A stretch of 62,591 nucleotides of DNA, filler included, from Nitrospinae bacterium RIFCSPLOWO2_12_FULL_45_22 (GCA_001803565.1; 5 parts of 5 records of this genome joined end to end with filler, not necessarily neighbours in it), one strand, 5' to 3'; shown: positions 51,445 through 62,013, counted from the whole stretch's first letter. Numbers and translations: made by a program. Notes: generated by a model from the sequence alone, not told the origin.

Positions 51445-51613
51445 CTTAGTGCTTCATTTCATAAATACAGTTACGTATTATGCCTATTTTTTGCCTTTTT
51501 TTTTATTAGGAAGCCAAGAGGCCAGGAAATTAACCTCTCCTGTATTCCTGGTTTCCTTATCATAAACACTTTCTCTCAAATACGTCACCGTAATTATGGA
51601 TTAGAGCGCTAAG
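51445..51613 (+). mobile_element. About 170-bp MITE, copy 2
   Basis: CTTAGTGCTTCATTTCATAAATACAGTTACGTATT...AATACGTCACCGTAATTATGGATTAGAGCGCTAAG. Confidence 0.8.
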
Positions 51614-51750
51614 TTTTACTGTAACAGTTCACGGGGATCAGTTAACAGGGTTCAGAAAAAGAGTTTAAATTTTAAATAGTTATCGCTATTTGGAGAGGGC
51701 GCTGATGTCTTTGAGGAAAAGATTGCCGGACAACTGATCCCTGTGAACTG

Positions 51751-52335
51751 TTACCTACCGATCTTACTCTCTGTCCCTTGCCAGAGCCTCTCCAAATTAT
51801 CCTGGTGTCTCCAGATGATTAAAAGTCCTATCACTACACCCACAATAACAAAGCTATTGCCTGCCCCCAAAAAAAAGCCAAACATAGGCAGGGACAGGGC
51901 AGAGGTCATAGAGGCGACAGATACATATCGCCAGAGTAAACAGCACATTAGCCATATAGCACCGGCTAAGAGGGTTGCCCAAGGCATTAAGACCAAAAAT
52001 ACCCCCAGGCCAGTAGCGACTCCTTTGCCACCCCGGAAATGGCTAAAAACCGGGAACATATGACCCAAGATTACAGCTAGCCCGGCTAATGACATGGCCG
52101 TAGCTGACGCAGCCAATCCCTGGGCTAATAAAACCGCTCCGCTGCCTTTTAATCCATCACCCAGCAAGGTCAATATACCGGCTGTTTTCCCTACTACCCT
52201 GAAGACATTAGTGGTACCAATATTACCACTGCCATATTCCCTTATGTCTATCCTCTTCTGCTTACGGGCAATAATCAGGCCAAAGGATATAGAACCTAAT
52301 AAATAAGCCGCGATAACCGAAATAATAACAGACAT
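51751..52335 (-). CDS. plsY: Glycerol-3-phosphate acyltransferase
   Basis: YLLGSI, GSGNIGTTN, GGKGVAT and RHQDN motifs. Confidence 0.93.
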   Translation of the reverse strand: MSVIISVIAAYLLGSISFGLIIARKQKRIDIREYGSGNIGTTNVFRVVGKTAGILTLLGDGLKGSGAVLLAQGLAASATAMSLAGLAVILGHMFPVFSHFRGGKGVATGLGVFLVLMPWATLLAGAIWLMCCLLWRYVSVASMTSALSLPMFGFFLGAGNSFVIVGVVIGLLIIWRHQDNLERLWQGTESKIGR

Positions 52336-52388
52336 AAAGAATAATATTTGGGACGCAGATTCCCGCAGATAACTATCTGAAAGAAAAG

Positions 52389-53369
52389 TTAAGACCACAG
52401 CCCTATGACTTCTCGCACCTCATGCATCGTCTGCTGGGCAATAGGCCGGGCTTTATTGGCCCCATATTCTAATATTTCCTTAAGTTTCTCCTGGCTGCCA
52501 ATAAGCTGCTCTCGCCTCTCCCGATACGGTCCAAGATAATCTGCCAGGGTCTTAGCCAGATTATTCTTGTTCTCTACACACCCTAAGGTCCCTGCTTCGC
52601 AGCCATGTCGGACATCTTCTATCTTGCCGGGAGAAAATATCTGTTGATAATGAAATACTGAACAGATATCTGGCCGGCCCGGATCACCACGGCGTATCTT
52701 CTGCGGGTCTGTAACCATCTGATGGACTTTTTCCCTGATGACTTCCGGTGGATCGGCTAAATAGATACAATTATCCAGACTCTTGCTCATCTTACGACCA
52801 TCAATCCCGAGCAATTTAGGAGTCTTGGTAAGTATCTCCTGGGGCTCAGGAAAGATAGGTTTATAGAGGCGGTTGAAGGAGCGGACTATTTCTCGTATTA
52901 TCTCTAGATGAGGTAATTGATCCACTCCTACCGGCACCTTATTCCCTTTGTACATAAGGATATCCGAGGCCTGCAGCACCGGATACCCCATCAAGCCATA
53001 GTTTATCTTGGGTATATGGGTCTCTCTGACTTGTTCTTTCAGGGTTGGATTACGCTCTAGCCAGGGCATAGGCACCAGCATAGAAAGGAGAAGATGGAGT
53101 TCCGCATGTTCTTTTACCTGCGACTGTAAGAATATGACGCTATTTTCTTGATCAAGACCTATGGCTAACCAGTCTGCCAGGAGCTGAAAGATATTCTCTT
53201 TTAACTCTGAGGGGTCTTCAAAATCGGTAGTCATAGCATGCCAATCCACAATGGAATAGAAGCAATCGTACTCTTTTTGCAGTTCCATCCATTTTTCTAA
53301 TACCCCTACCAGGTGGCCTATATGCACCTTACCCGTAGGGCGCATCCCACTAAAAACCCGCTCCCTCAT
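52389..53369 (-). CDS. trpS: Tryptophan--tRNA ligase
   Basis: SGMRPTG-HIGH, YPVLQASDI, VGVDQ and KMSKS motifs. Confidence 0.96.
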   Translation of the reverse strand: MRERVFSGMRPTGKVHIGHLVGVLEKWMELQKEYDCFYSIVDWHAMTTDFEDPSELKENIFQLLADWLAIGLDQENSVIFLQSQVKEHAELHLLLSMLVPMPWLERNPTLKEQVRETHIPKINYGLMGYPVLQASDILMYKGNKVPVGVDQLPHLEIIREIVRSFNRLYKPIFPEPQEILTKTPKLLGIDGRKMSKSLDNCIYLADPPEVIREKVHQMVTDPQKIRRGDPGRPDICSVFHYQQIFSPGKIEDVRHGCEAGTLGCVENKNNLAKTLADYLGPYRERREQLIGSQEKLKEILEYGANKARPIAQQTMHEVREVIGLWS

Positions 53370-53385
53370 CTACCACTCCTATCTA

Positions 53386-53485
53386 NNNNNNNNNNNNNNN
53401 NNNNNNNNNNNNNNNNNNNNNNNNNNNNNTTAATTAATTAANNNNNNNNNNNNNNNNNNNNNNNNNNNNNNNNNNNNNNNNNNNN
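53386..53485. other. Artificial contig linker
   Basis: N run with TTAATTAATTAA. Confidence 0.97.
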
Positions 53486-53640
53486 TGCTACTTCAGATTT
53501 TAGCAATTGCTAAAGTTAAATGGCTTCAAATGTGTATTGCGAAGGTAACTTGGTTTATGTTTGTTACAGGAGGTTTATCTCCTTAGCTTATTAACAAAAA
53601 AAATAAGCTTTAGATAGACACATACTCCATAAACAAGCAT

Positions 53641-53752
53641 GAGTTACCGGGCTTTATGTGAAAGTAGAGCCTTACAGGGGCTTGAGCAGTGTGTGGTGAA
53701 AGCTGCTTGCACCGTTCTTAGGGGGAGGCGTAAGCCTCCCGATCCACCCGGT
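53641..53752 (+). ncRNA. Degenerate group II intron 3' end (domains V-VI)
   Basis: TTGAGCAGTGTGTGGTGAAAGCTGCTTGCACCGTTCTTAGGGGG...CCACCCGG resembles the domain V/VI consensus; no RT nearby on this contig. Confidence 0.7.
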
Positions 53753-53834
53753 GTAGTACTGCGATGAATAATTATGTAAGAGATAGTAGGATGTCAAAAA
53801 GAGGAAAATTTATTCCCTTTACTTCTTAATTAAG

Positions 53835-54167
53835 TTGAGGCCTAATAAGATGGTTTGTTTTGAGGATCTAAAAAGAGAAGGAGAGAAACCAGAGATTCGT
53901 GAAGTGAATTTAGCTAGGCAAGAAGAGGAAAGACAAAGGAGAAAAGCCGAAGAAACGAGGAAAAAAGAGAAAGAGTTACAAGCTGAAAGAGCTGAAATTG
54001 AGAGTGAGCGTTGGGGGACACCTGAAAAAGTATACAGGACGTGGGAATCTAGGGCAAAATCTCTTGTTGAAATAGCAAAGGAATATGTCCGTTATGGCGC
54101 TGTTCCGGAAGGTTATCTGCTCATTGCGGGCAGGGAAAGGATGAAATTAGGTGATAAGATAAGATGA
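53835..54167 (+). CDS. Hypothetical charged coiled-coil protein (possibly a fragment)
   Basis: ORF only; weak TTG start. Confidence 0.35.
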   Translation: MRPNKMVCFEDLKREGEKPEIREVNLARQEEERQRRKAEETRKKEKELQAERAEIESERWGTPEKVYRTWESRAKSLVEIAKEYVRYGAVPEGYLLIAGRERMKLGDKIR

Positions 54168-54342
54168 AGAAACAACTTAGGAAATGATTTCAAAAGTATA
54201 TCAACCAGCCAGATAGAACAAGTAAGCTTTTACACAAAATAAGAAGAAGTAATCAACGAATTGGGAAAAGACATCCAACAAAAAAGGGAAACGTGATTAA
54301 AATTAGTAGAAAATAATCTCGTCCCCTACGTCCCCATTTCCC

Positions 54343-54377
54343 CTAAAACCCGAGCCACCGGCCCGGGCAGATTTTAG
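54343..54377 (-). promoter_or_regulatory. SECIS-like stem-loop
   Basis: Minus strand CTAAAA-TCTG-CCCGGGCC-GGT-GGCTCGGG-TTTTAG just 3' of the in-frame TGA. Confidence 0.7.
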
Positions 54378-54592
54378 ACCGTTCAGTAGCCATTGAAACC
54401 CACGGTTACCTTATCATCCATGAGAATGACCGGTACTTTCTTACCGCCCGAGACCTTGACCATCTCTGGTAGGCGATCCCGGTCGTTGGTAACATTTATC
54501 TCCTCAAATTCGATCCCTTTAGCCTTCAAATCCTGCAGGGCCGCGGCACAATAAGGGCACCCGGTCTTAGTATAAATAGTTGCTTGAGCCAT
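54374..54592 (-). CDS. UXX-star family glutaredoxin-like selenoprotein
   Basis: CPYC active site; ends GFNGY-TGA-ACG-GTC-TAA (U-T-V-stop). Confidence 0.82.
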
Positions 54593-54721
54593 CCCTTCCT
54601 CCTTATAAAAAGTGTAAAACTCAAAGAGCAAAGTGCAAAATCAAGGAACTTATTACCGACATGGACAACGGACACGACCCACGGAAATTATCTTTGCGCC
54701 CTCTGCGACTGCGGTAACGAT

Positions 54722-56203
54722 TCAATCAATGTCAATCTGGGCCCGTTGTAGTCTCCCACTATAATCTATATAAACACTCTTCCACTCAGTAAAGGCTTCC
54801 AGGGCAGCATTACCGGCCTCACGGTGACCATTACCCGTACCCCGCGTACCTCCGAAAGGGAGGTGTACTTCGGAGCCAATAGTACCAGCATTGATATATA
54901 CCAGGCCAGTACTAATATTATTTATGGCCTTTAATGCCTTATTGACATCCTGGGTATAAATAGATGATGAGAGGCCATAAGGGGTATTATTATTTACTTC
55001 TATGGCCTCTTCTAAATCCTTTACCGTAATAAGGACTGTGGTAGGGCCAAATATCTCTTCCTGGGCAATCCTCATACCTGGCTTTACTAGGGCAAATACT
55101 GTAGGTGTGTAAAAGAACCCTCTGGCGCATTCCCCCTCAGTATAGCGCTTTCCACCGGTTAATAGGATGGCCCTTTCTTTCAGGCCAATCTCGGTATAGT
55201 TATGGATGCGCTGGAGCTGGGGCTCATTAATTACTGGCCCGATGTCAGTAGTCTCCAGCAGACCATTGCCCAGCCGGAATTTTTTAACCCTTTCAACCAA
55301 GCTCCTGGTCAGGTCTTCCTGAATACCTTGCTGCACAATGACTCGGCTAGCAGCCGTGCAGCGCTGTCCTGAAGTACCAAAGGCACTCCAGAGGATACCC
55401 TCTAGGGCCAGCTCCAAGGCGGCATCGTCCAGCACTATTATAGCATTCTTACCACCCATTTCCAGAGACAGGCGCTTACCACGCTCAGCGGCCTTGATAG
55501 CGATCTCGCGGCCTACTTCGTTAGACCCGGTAAAAGATATCATAGCTACCTTAGGATGTTCTACCAGGGCCGCTCCTACCTCTCCCGGGCCTAAGACCAG
55601 GTTAAGGACGCCGGGTGGTAAGCCGGCCTCTTCCAATATTTGTACCAGTAGCACCCCCATAATCGGGGTATCTTCTGCCGGTTTAAATACCACTGTATTG
55701 CCAGCAACCAGGGCAGGCATGATCTTCCAGGCCGGGATAGCCAGGGGAAAATTCCAGGGTGTTATGGCGGCTACCACACCGATAGGGTCCCTTACCTGCA
55801 TAGCAAATTTATTGGGCAGCTCAGAAGGGGTAGTGTAACCAAACAGACGGCGTCCTTCACCAGCCATATAATAAGCCATATCTATAGCCTCTTGCACATC
55901 CCCCCGGGCCTCTTTCAGCACCTTGCCCATCTCTCGGGTAAGCATGATAGCCAGCTCCTCTTTACGCCTCTGCAAAATATCTCCTGCCCGGAAGAGGGTC
56001 TCGGCCCGCCGGGGTGCCGGTACCTGTCTCCACCTGGAGAAGGCCCTGGTAGCTGCTTCTACGGCAGAGTCTATCTCGTTGGGGCCAGCATAAGAAACTC
56101 TCCCCAGGACTTCACCATTGGCCGGATTTAGGCTCTCAAAGACCTTCCCTGATGCGGACTCAACCCATTTACCATCTATATAGTTCCTATATAACATGAC
56201 CAT
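54722..56203 (-). CDS. Aldehyde dehydrogenase
   Basis: ITPWNFP, FTGS, LEMGGKN, GQRCTA and EEIFGP motifs. Confidence 0.95.
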   Translation of the reverse strand: MVMLYRNYIDGKWVESASGKVFESLNPANGEVLGRVSYAGPNEIDSAVEAATRAFSRWRQVPAPRRAETLFRAGDILQRRKEELAIMLTREMGKVLKEARGDVQEAIDMAYYMAGEGRRLFGYTTPSELPNKFAMQVRDPIGVVAAITPWNFPLAIPAWKIMPALVAGNTVVFKPAEDTPIMGVLLVQILEEAGLPPGVLNLVLGPGEVGAALVEHPKVAMISFTGSNEVGREIAIKAAERGKRLSLEMGGKNAIIVLDDAALELALEGILWSAFGTSGQRCTAASRVIVQQGIQEDLTRSLVERVKKFRLGNGLLETTDIGPVINEPQLQRIHNYTEIGLKERAILLTGGKRYTEGECARGFFYTPTVFALVKPGMRIAQEEIFGPTTVLITVKDLEEAIEVNNNTPYGLSSSIYTQDVNKALKAINNISTGLVYINAGTIGSEVHLPFGGTRGTGNGHREAGNAALEAFTEWKSVYIDYSGRLQRAQIDID

Positions 56204-56568
56204 ATCCTCCTTACGTGCCTGGAGCAACTCGATGATGCCCCCTAAGATTAATCTATCTTAGATAAGCCTGTTTTGCAAACGATAGGGTTTTAGCGCGGTT
56301 AATTTCCACTTTTTCTGTTTCATGAAAATCATTGTTACTCCTACACTTATTCCGTGTAAGAGGACAAATTTTGGGGAATGTCCAGACCATATTTCCCTTG
56401 ACACGATTGGAATATTTTTGCATCATAGGGAAATCCTAATATAGCTTATTGACCGGGGCTTTTTTACTTGCTGCCTGCATAGGGTCTAGACTCATCCTCT
56501 ATATCAGAAAGGGAATCTCAGGCTGGGCAGGAGGAATTTTTGAAAAAATAATAAGGGGAGGTGGTAAC

Positions 56569-57015
56569 ATGAATTTGTATTTTGAAGATTTTGAGGTAGG
56601 AGAGAAGTTCTCTACTCCAGGAAGGAGCATTTTTAATACTGATATAGTTAATTTTGTGGGCCTTACCGGTATGTATGAGGATCTCTTCTGTAATCTGGAA
56701 TATATCGAAAAGGCCAGTGCCTTTAAAAAGCGGATAGTACCTGGGGCCTTGACCCTTTCGGTCTCTGTCGGCTTGTTTAGCCGAACCGGCTGGTTCGACA
56801 AGACTGGCCTGGCCCTCACAGGTTTCCGGAAGATAAATTTCATCAATCCTCTAGTCCCAGGCGATACCATCAGGAACGAATGTGAGGTGATAGGTAAGCA
56901 GGAATCAGAGAGAAGAGATGGGGGCATTCTTACCCTGCAAGTTATAGTCAAGAACCAGCGGGATGAAGATATTGTCTCGTATCAGACCCTGGGTTTAATG
57001 GCAAAAAGGGGTTAA
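56569..57015 (+). CDS. MaoC family dehydratase
   Basis: LYFEDFEVGE, RIVPG and F..PLVPGDTI; GGAGG RBS. Confidence 0.85.
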   Translation: MNLYFEDFEVGEKFSTPGRSIFNTDIVNFVGLTGMYEDLFCNLEYIEKASAFKKRIVPGALTLSVSVGLFSRTGWFDKTGLALTGFRKINFINPLVPGDTIRNECEVIGKQESERRDGGILTLQVIVKNQRDEDIVSYQTLGLMAKRG

Positions 57016-57232
57016 GAAAGGTTCAAAGTTCAACGTTCTATATAAAGCCAACCTTGAACCTTGAACGTTGTACATTGAACTTATTAAATTAAGGAGAAAG
57101 GGAGAAGAAGGGAAAATGGTGAAAGAAGAGCAATAGATATAATTTTTCTCCAGTTCCCTTTCTCCCCTTTTCTCCTTATTATTAAAATGGAAATTCCTAT
57201 ACTATGAACTTATGAAGAGAGGAGGGAGATAA

Positions 57233-57703
57233 ATGCCAAAAGAAGCGCATATGGACCTATATTTTGATGATTTACCCCGGGGGTATAAATTTTCTGTCCC
57301 AGCGAGAACCATATTTGATGCCGATATCGTAGGTTTTGTGGCCCTCTCAGGACAGACAGAGAGCCTCTTTTTAGATACTGAGTATGCTGAGAAAGAGAGC
57401 ATATTCAAGAAGCGGGTTGCCCCCGGCATGCTCGTCTGGCAGCTTTCTATGATGGGGATGCTCCGGTTAGGGATACTGGAAAAGGCGGGATTAGCTTTCC
57501 TGGGTCTGGATGATGTCAACTTCTTTAAGCCTGTCTGTCCCGGTGATACCATTTATTCCGAGGCAGAAATCGTGGAATGCCGAGAGACCAGCAAAGGGGA
57601 TCGGGGTATTATTGCCATGCGGTTTGAGGTTAAAAATCAGCGCGGGGAAAAGGTTATGGAGTATACCCATAGAGAACTACTCCGCAAACGACCGCAACCA
57701 TAA
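57233..57703 (+). CDS. MaoC family dehydratase (paralog)
   Basis: LYFDD, KRVAPG, FKPVCPGDTI and KNQRGE motifs. Confidence 0.85.
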   Translation: MPKEAHMDLYFDDLPRGYKFSVPARTIFDADIVGFVALSGQTESLFLDTEYAEKESIFKKRVAPGMLVWQLSMMGMLRLGILEKAGLAFLGLDDVNFFKPVCPGDTIYSEAEIVECRETSKGDRGIIAMRFEVKNQRGEKVMEYTHRELLRKRPQP

Positions 57704-57831
57704 TGACCCTTGAAATTTATTGAGATTGAGAGACTAATGGAGACTTGCTGAGACCGAGAGATTATTGTCGAAATGAGTCTCTATAAATCTCAGCATATAG
57801 TCCAAGTCTCTATGACTCTGTGGCTGAACCG

Positions 57832-59820
57832 TTAGGGTGAAGATATTGATCCCTGGTTGTTAGCTAAGATGCCTTTTATCACGGGTAAAATTCTATCAAT
57901 TTTAAAGGGTTTATTTATAACCTGATCTACTCCATTTTCTTTAAGTGTTTGATCATCTATTTCCATATTCCACCCAGTCATCAGTATAACGGGTGTCTCT
58001 GGATTGATTTCTTTAATCCTTTGAGCTACTATCCAGCCTGAGATTTCTGGCATTCCCAAGTCGGTAATGACTAAGTCATATTTATTTCGGCCAAAGAGTT
58101 CTAGGCCTTCCTGGCCCTCATTTACGTAAGTGGCTTGGCAACCCACGCTATCTAATATTTCAGAGAGGGCTTCCCCAATTTCTTCTTCATCCTCAATAAT
58201 CAAGATCTTTTCACCGGCAAAAGGACTAACACTAACCAACTCTTCCGCCTTTTGTTGGGGCCCAGGAGCTACTACTGGTAGATGAATAGTAAAGGTAGTC
58301 CCCTGCCCTTCTTGAGTAGCAATAGCGATGCTTCCTCCCTGGGAGGTAATTATACCGTATGACATACTCAATCCCAAACCTGAATTCCGGGGACCCTTAG
58401 TAGTAAAAAAGGGTTCAAAGGCCTTAAGTTTTGTTTTGGGAGACATACCAATGCCGGTATCGTTGACCTGGACCTCCACCAAGGAATTAGCATCCCCTAA
58501 ACGGGAAGAGATGGTGATGGTCCCCCCTTGGGGCATGGCATCCACCGCATTAAATATCAAATTGATGAAGACTTCTTTAAGTTCAGAGGCGATCCCTCCA
58601 ATTAAAGACATATCTTCTAAATGGGTTTCAAATTCTATTTTGACACCTTTTTGCTGGGCATCATCTTTCCAGCGAGGCTTAGTCAATTCTTTAACTTCCA
58701 TGATTAATTCATTAAGATTTAAAGGTTGGCAGGTCCTTTCTTTTTTAGCCCCAGCAAATTCTTGGATGTGTCTTACTACATCAGCTCCATCCAGAGCGGA
58801 TCTCTCAATAACTTCTAACCCCTTCGAAATGGTACTTATATCTTTTTCCTTTCCTGACAACTGTAGCAATTGGGCTCTCACCAAGATAATGGATAATATA
58901 TTATTAAAATCGTGGGCTATTCCAGCCGCCATTTCTCCTAAAGCCTTAAGCCTCTCCGCCTGAATAACTTGCTCTTGGAGCCTTTTTTGCTCACTAATAT
59001 CTCTCAAGATCACTAAAATACCTATTATTCCATCATTTCTATCTCTCAAGAAAGAGACAGAAATAAGGGATGGTATTTTCTGTCCATCTTTAGCTAAAAA
59101 TTCTATCTCTTGATTCTGTATTTTCCCTGTTTCTTTCAGCTCTTGGGTTAACTTCTCTATTTTTTCAGGCTCATCCCCACAGTAATGGGTGAATAAAGTA
59201 CCCACTATTTCTTGGGCCTCATGCCCATAAAGACTCTCTGCCCCTTTACTAAAAAAGTTTACGGTCCCTCCCGTATCCGTAGTAATAATAGCGTCAATAG
59301 AGCTTTCGATGAGGCATTCTAAATAATCCTTAGTTAGGGTAATCTGGGTCGTTAACTCCTTTTTTTCTTTTTCTATTTTCTTTATCTTTTTCTCTAATAT
59401 TTCCTTGGATTTCTGCGAATGCTCCAGGGTTTCTTTTACCCGTCTCCTTTCTTCCAGCCGGCCAATCCCTTTCTCAACTATCTTTTCCACATCTTCTTTA
59501 TTAAAAGGTTTAATTAAATAATCTGAAGCCCCATACCTGAGAGCATCCTGGGCATTTTCTATAGAGGCATAAGCAGTGACAATGGCTACTTCGGTATCTA
59601 AACTAGACTCTCTTAGCTGCCGTAGAACCTCTATACCATCCATATATGGCATTAGAATATCCAAAAGCACCATATCGGGTCTTTCAGCCCTAATATATTT
59701 GAGGGCCTCTTTTCCATTTTCCATGGTAGTTACCTGATATTTACCCTCTAAGATCAATCGAAGGGATTCCCTACAACCCAGCTCGTCATCCACCACCAGT
59801 ACTCTATATTTTTCATCCAT
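57832..59820 (-). CDS. Hybrid histidine kinase (REC-PAS-HisKA-HATPase-REC)
   Basis: GIAHDFNN, FEPFFTTK and two receiver domains. Confidence 0.92.
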   Translation of the reverse strand: MDEKYRVLVVDDELGCRESLRLILEGKYQVTTMENGKEALKYIRAERPDMVLLDILMPYMDGIEVLRQLRESSLDTEVAIVTAYASIENAQDALRYGASDYLIKPFNKEDVEKIVEKGIGRLEERRRVKETLEHSQKSKEILEKKIKKIEKEKKELTTQITLTKDYLECLIESSIDAIITTDTGGTVNFFSKGAESLYGHEAQEIVGTLFTHYCGDEPEKIEKLTQELKETGKIQNQEIEFLAKDGQKIPSLISVSFLRDRNDGIIGILVILRDISEQKRLQEQVIQAERLKALGEMAAGIAHDFNNILSIILVRAQLLQLSGKEKDISTISKGLEVIERSALDGADVVRHIQEFAGAKKERTCQPLNLNELIMEVKELTKPRWKDDAQQKGVKIEFETHLEDMSLIGGIASELKEVFINLIFNAVDAMPQGGTITISSRLGDANSLVEVQVNDTGIGMSPKTKLKAFEPFFTTKGPRNSGLGLSMSYGIITSQGGSIAIATQEGQGTTFTIHLPVVAPGPQQKAEELVSVSPFAGEKILIIEDEEEIGEALSEILDSVGCQATYVNEGQEGLELFGRNKYDLVITDLGMPEISGWIVAQRIKEINPETPVILMTGWNMEIDDQTLKENGVDQVINKPFKIDRILPVIKGILANNQGSISSP

Positions 59821-61870
59821 GAGTCTTCCCCTTCCTTCCTGCTAATAATTTAACTTTAATAGAACAACCTTCCTTTATATTGTCATCCAGAAATATAGTA
59901 CCACCATGATCTTCAATGATCCTTTTGGCAATGGACAGACCTAATCCAAACCCCTTTTGCTTGGTCGTAAAGAAGGGCAAAAATACCTTTTCCCTATCAT
60001 CAGTAGCGATTCCAGAGCCATTATCCTTAATTTCTATCTCAGCTATATTGGCCTGTTTCCTAGTAGAGACCTTTATAGTCAGATCTACTCCTTCCCGTTT
60101 AGCCTCTACGGAATTTCTTAGGATATGGCAAAAGGCCTCCCGGAGTCTACTCCTATCCAAGTCGAAGGGGATGGGTTCTGGCGATAGATCCTTGATAATC
60201 CTCGCTTGCTCCAGCCCTATCTCGGACTTTAACGAGTCAAGGATTCCCATTATAAAATTATTGATATCTATCTCCTCAGTATGGAGATCATGATGCAAGG
60301 CAAAACTGATGAGTTGTTCAACAATCTTGTTTAATTTATCTAACTCCTGGGATACTACATTAGAGAAGAAATTACGGAAAGTTTCTTCTTGATATTTTTC
60401 TGGTAAAAGCCGGGTAAAGGTATTGATGGCTACCAGGGGATTTTTAATCTCATGGGCAATGCGGGAGACCAAAAAATTCCAGAATTTTACCCGCTCTAGT
60501 TCTAGGGTCTTTTTTTCCAATAGCTTAGCCTCAGACAGATCAGAAAAGACCATGATGGCTCCCACTGCGTCTTGATTTTCGTTACAAAGGAAAGAAGTAC
60601 TTGCTCCCAAAGGGGCTTTGGTAATTGGATGGATGGTCTCATGCCTATTAAACACATGACCTTCTTTAATGGTGGAGAGGAGAAGATGGGAAAGGGCCGA
60701 GCCTATCTTCTGAACGCTCTCTTCTAATACTTCCTCAGCTTTGATATTCAGGACCCTTTCGGCGCTCTTATTAATGGTGGTTATCATACCCTCATTATTG
60801 ATACTAATAACACCACTAGGAATATTATCTAACACATTTTGGATGTATTCTTTTTGCAAAGACACTCTTTGATATAAAAAGGCATTTTCTATGGCGATCG
60901 CCCCATATAGCGAAACGGTAAGAAGAATTTCTAGGTCTTCCCTAGAAAAGTCCTCGCCTGTTACCTTCTTACCAATCCCTATGAAACCCAGGAGCCCTTC
61001 CCGACCATTTAAAGGTAAAGCAATATTTGCCCCGACCAGGTCTATTTCCTTTTTTAGCTGAATCCCTTCAGAGCCGGAGATGGAGTCAGGTAAATTACTG
61101 ATCTTTAATAGCTGGTTATTCTCCTTCAGCCATTTTATAAGACTATCTTTCTCTTGAAAGGCCATTCTATTCAGGAATCTCTTAGCAAAACCAAAAGAGC
61201 TGCAGGGCAGATATTTCTTGGCATTCATATCCCACAGAAAGATAATAACCTTATTAGCCCCGAAAGCATCTACTATTAGCTCCACCAGGCTTCCTAAAAC
61301 CTTTTCTAAATTAGATATATGAATAATAGCATTAGAAAATTTTCTCATGATGTCTCGATAATAATATGCGCTTTTGACCTGATAGTTATTATCGGCCATA
61401 GCGCCATTTTTAAGAAATAAATGCCTGGTTTTTTCTTTCCCCTCCATTTGCTCTAATCGGGCAGAGAGAAACTTTATCTCCTGACTTAAGCGCCTTTTTT
61501 CTATGGCATTAAGGGTGAGGCAGCGGAGCTCTTCTTCCTTTGATATATTAAGGATAAAGCCATAGGCGCCAGCCCGCAAAACTTCTGCAGCCATCTCGGG
61601 CGAAACCAGAGGAGGTGTTAAAGCTAGGAAGATAACTGGTAAGTGGGGGTCTATTTTTTTGATCTTTTCTAATACCTTAAAAGAATCCCATCCTTTCAAA
61701 TTTATCTCGAGAAAAACTAGGTCTATAAGGTTTCTAACCAGATATTCGTTGATTTCAGAGTCTTTCTTTTCTATGGGAAAAAAGACAAATTCTTTCCCTA
61801 AAATTAACCGCAGAGATTCTGAGAATTCTTCTTCCTTATTAGAAATTAGCAATATATGATGCTTGGCCAT
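59813..61870 (-). CDS. Histidine kinase (REC-like, GAF, PAS, HisKA, HATPase)
   Basis: IAHEIKNPL, PFFTTK and GFGLGL motifs. Confidence 0.9.
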   Translation of the reverse strand: MAKHHILLISNKEEEFSESLRLILGKEFVFFPIEKKDSEINEYLVRNLIDLVFLEINLKGWDSFKVLEKIKKIDPHLPVIFLALTPPLVSPEMAAEVLRAGAYGFILNISKEEELRCLTLNAIEKRRLSQEIKFLSARLEQMEGKEKTRHLFLKNGAMADNNYQVKSAYYYRDIMRKFSNAIIHISNLEKVLGSLVELIVDAFGANKVIIFLWDMNAKKYLPCSSFGFAKRFLNRMAFQEKDSLIKWLKENNQLLKISNLPDSISGSEGIQLKKEIDLVGANIALPLNGREGLLGFIGIGKKVTGEDFSREDLEILLTVSLYGAIAIENAFLYQRVSLQKEYIQNVLDNIPSGVISINNEGMITTINKSAERVLNIKAEEVLEESVQKIGSALSHLLLSTIKEGHVFNRHETIHPITKAPLGASTSFLCNENQDAVGAIMVFSDLSEAKLLEKKTLELERVKFWNFLVSRIAHEIKNPLVAINTFTRLLPEKYQEETFRNFFSNVVSQELDKLNKIVEQLISFALHHDLHTEEIDINNFIMGILDSLKSEIGLEQARIIKDLSPEPIPFDLDRSRLREAFCHILRNSVEAKREGVDLTIKVSTRKQANIAEIEIKDNGSGIATDDREKVFLPFFTTKQKGFGLGLSIAKRIIEDHGGTIFLDDNIKEGCSIKVKLLAGRKGKTHG

Positions 61871-61884
61871 CGGCTTCTTCTGTT

Positions 61885-62013
61885 GTCATTGCGAGCCTCC
61901 AGAAGGGAGGCGTGGCAATCCCATTATATCCCGTACCTGTCTGTCATTTGAGATTGCTTCGGGGCTGCGCCCCTCGCAATGACAGGTGAGGGGTCTCGCT
62001 CCCCGCAATGACA
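61885..62013. repeat. GTCATTGCG...CGCAATGAC REP-like hairpin cluster
   Basis: GTCATTGCGAG / GGCAATC / GAGATTGCTTCG / CTCGCAATGAC arms. Confidence 0.75.
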
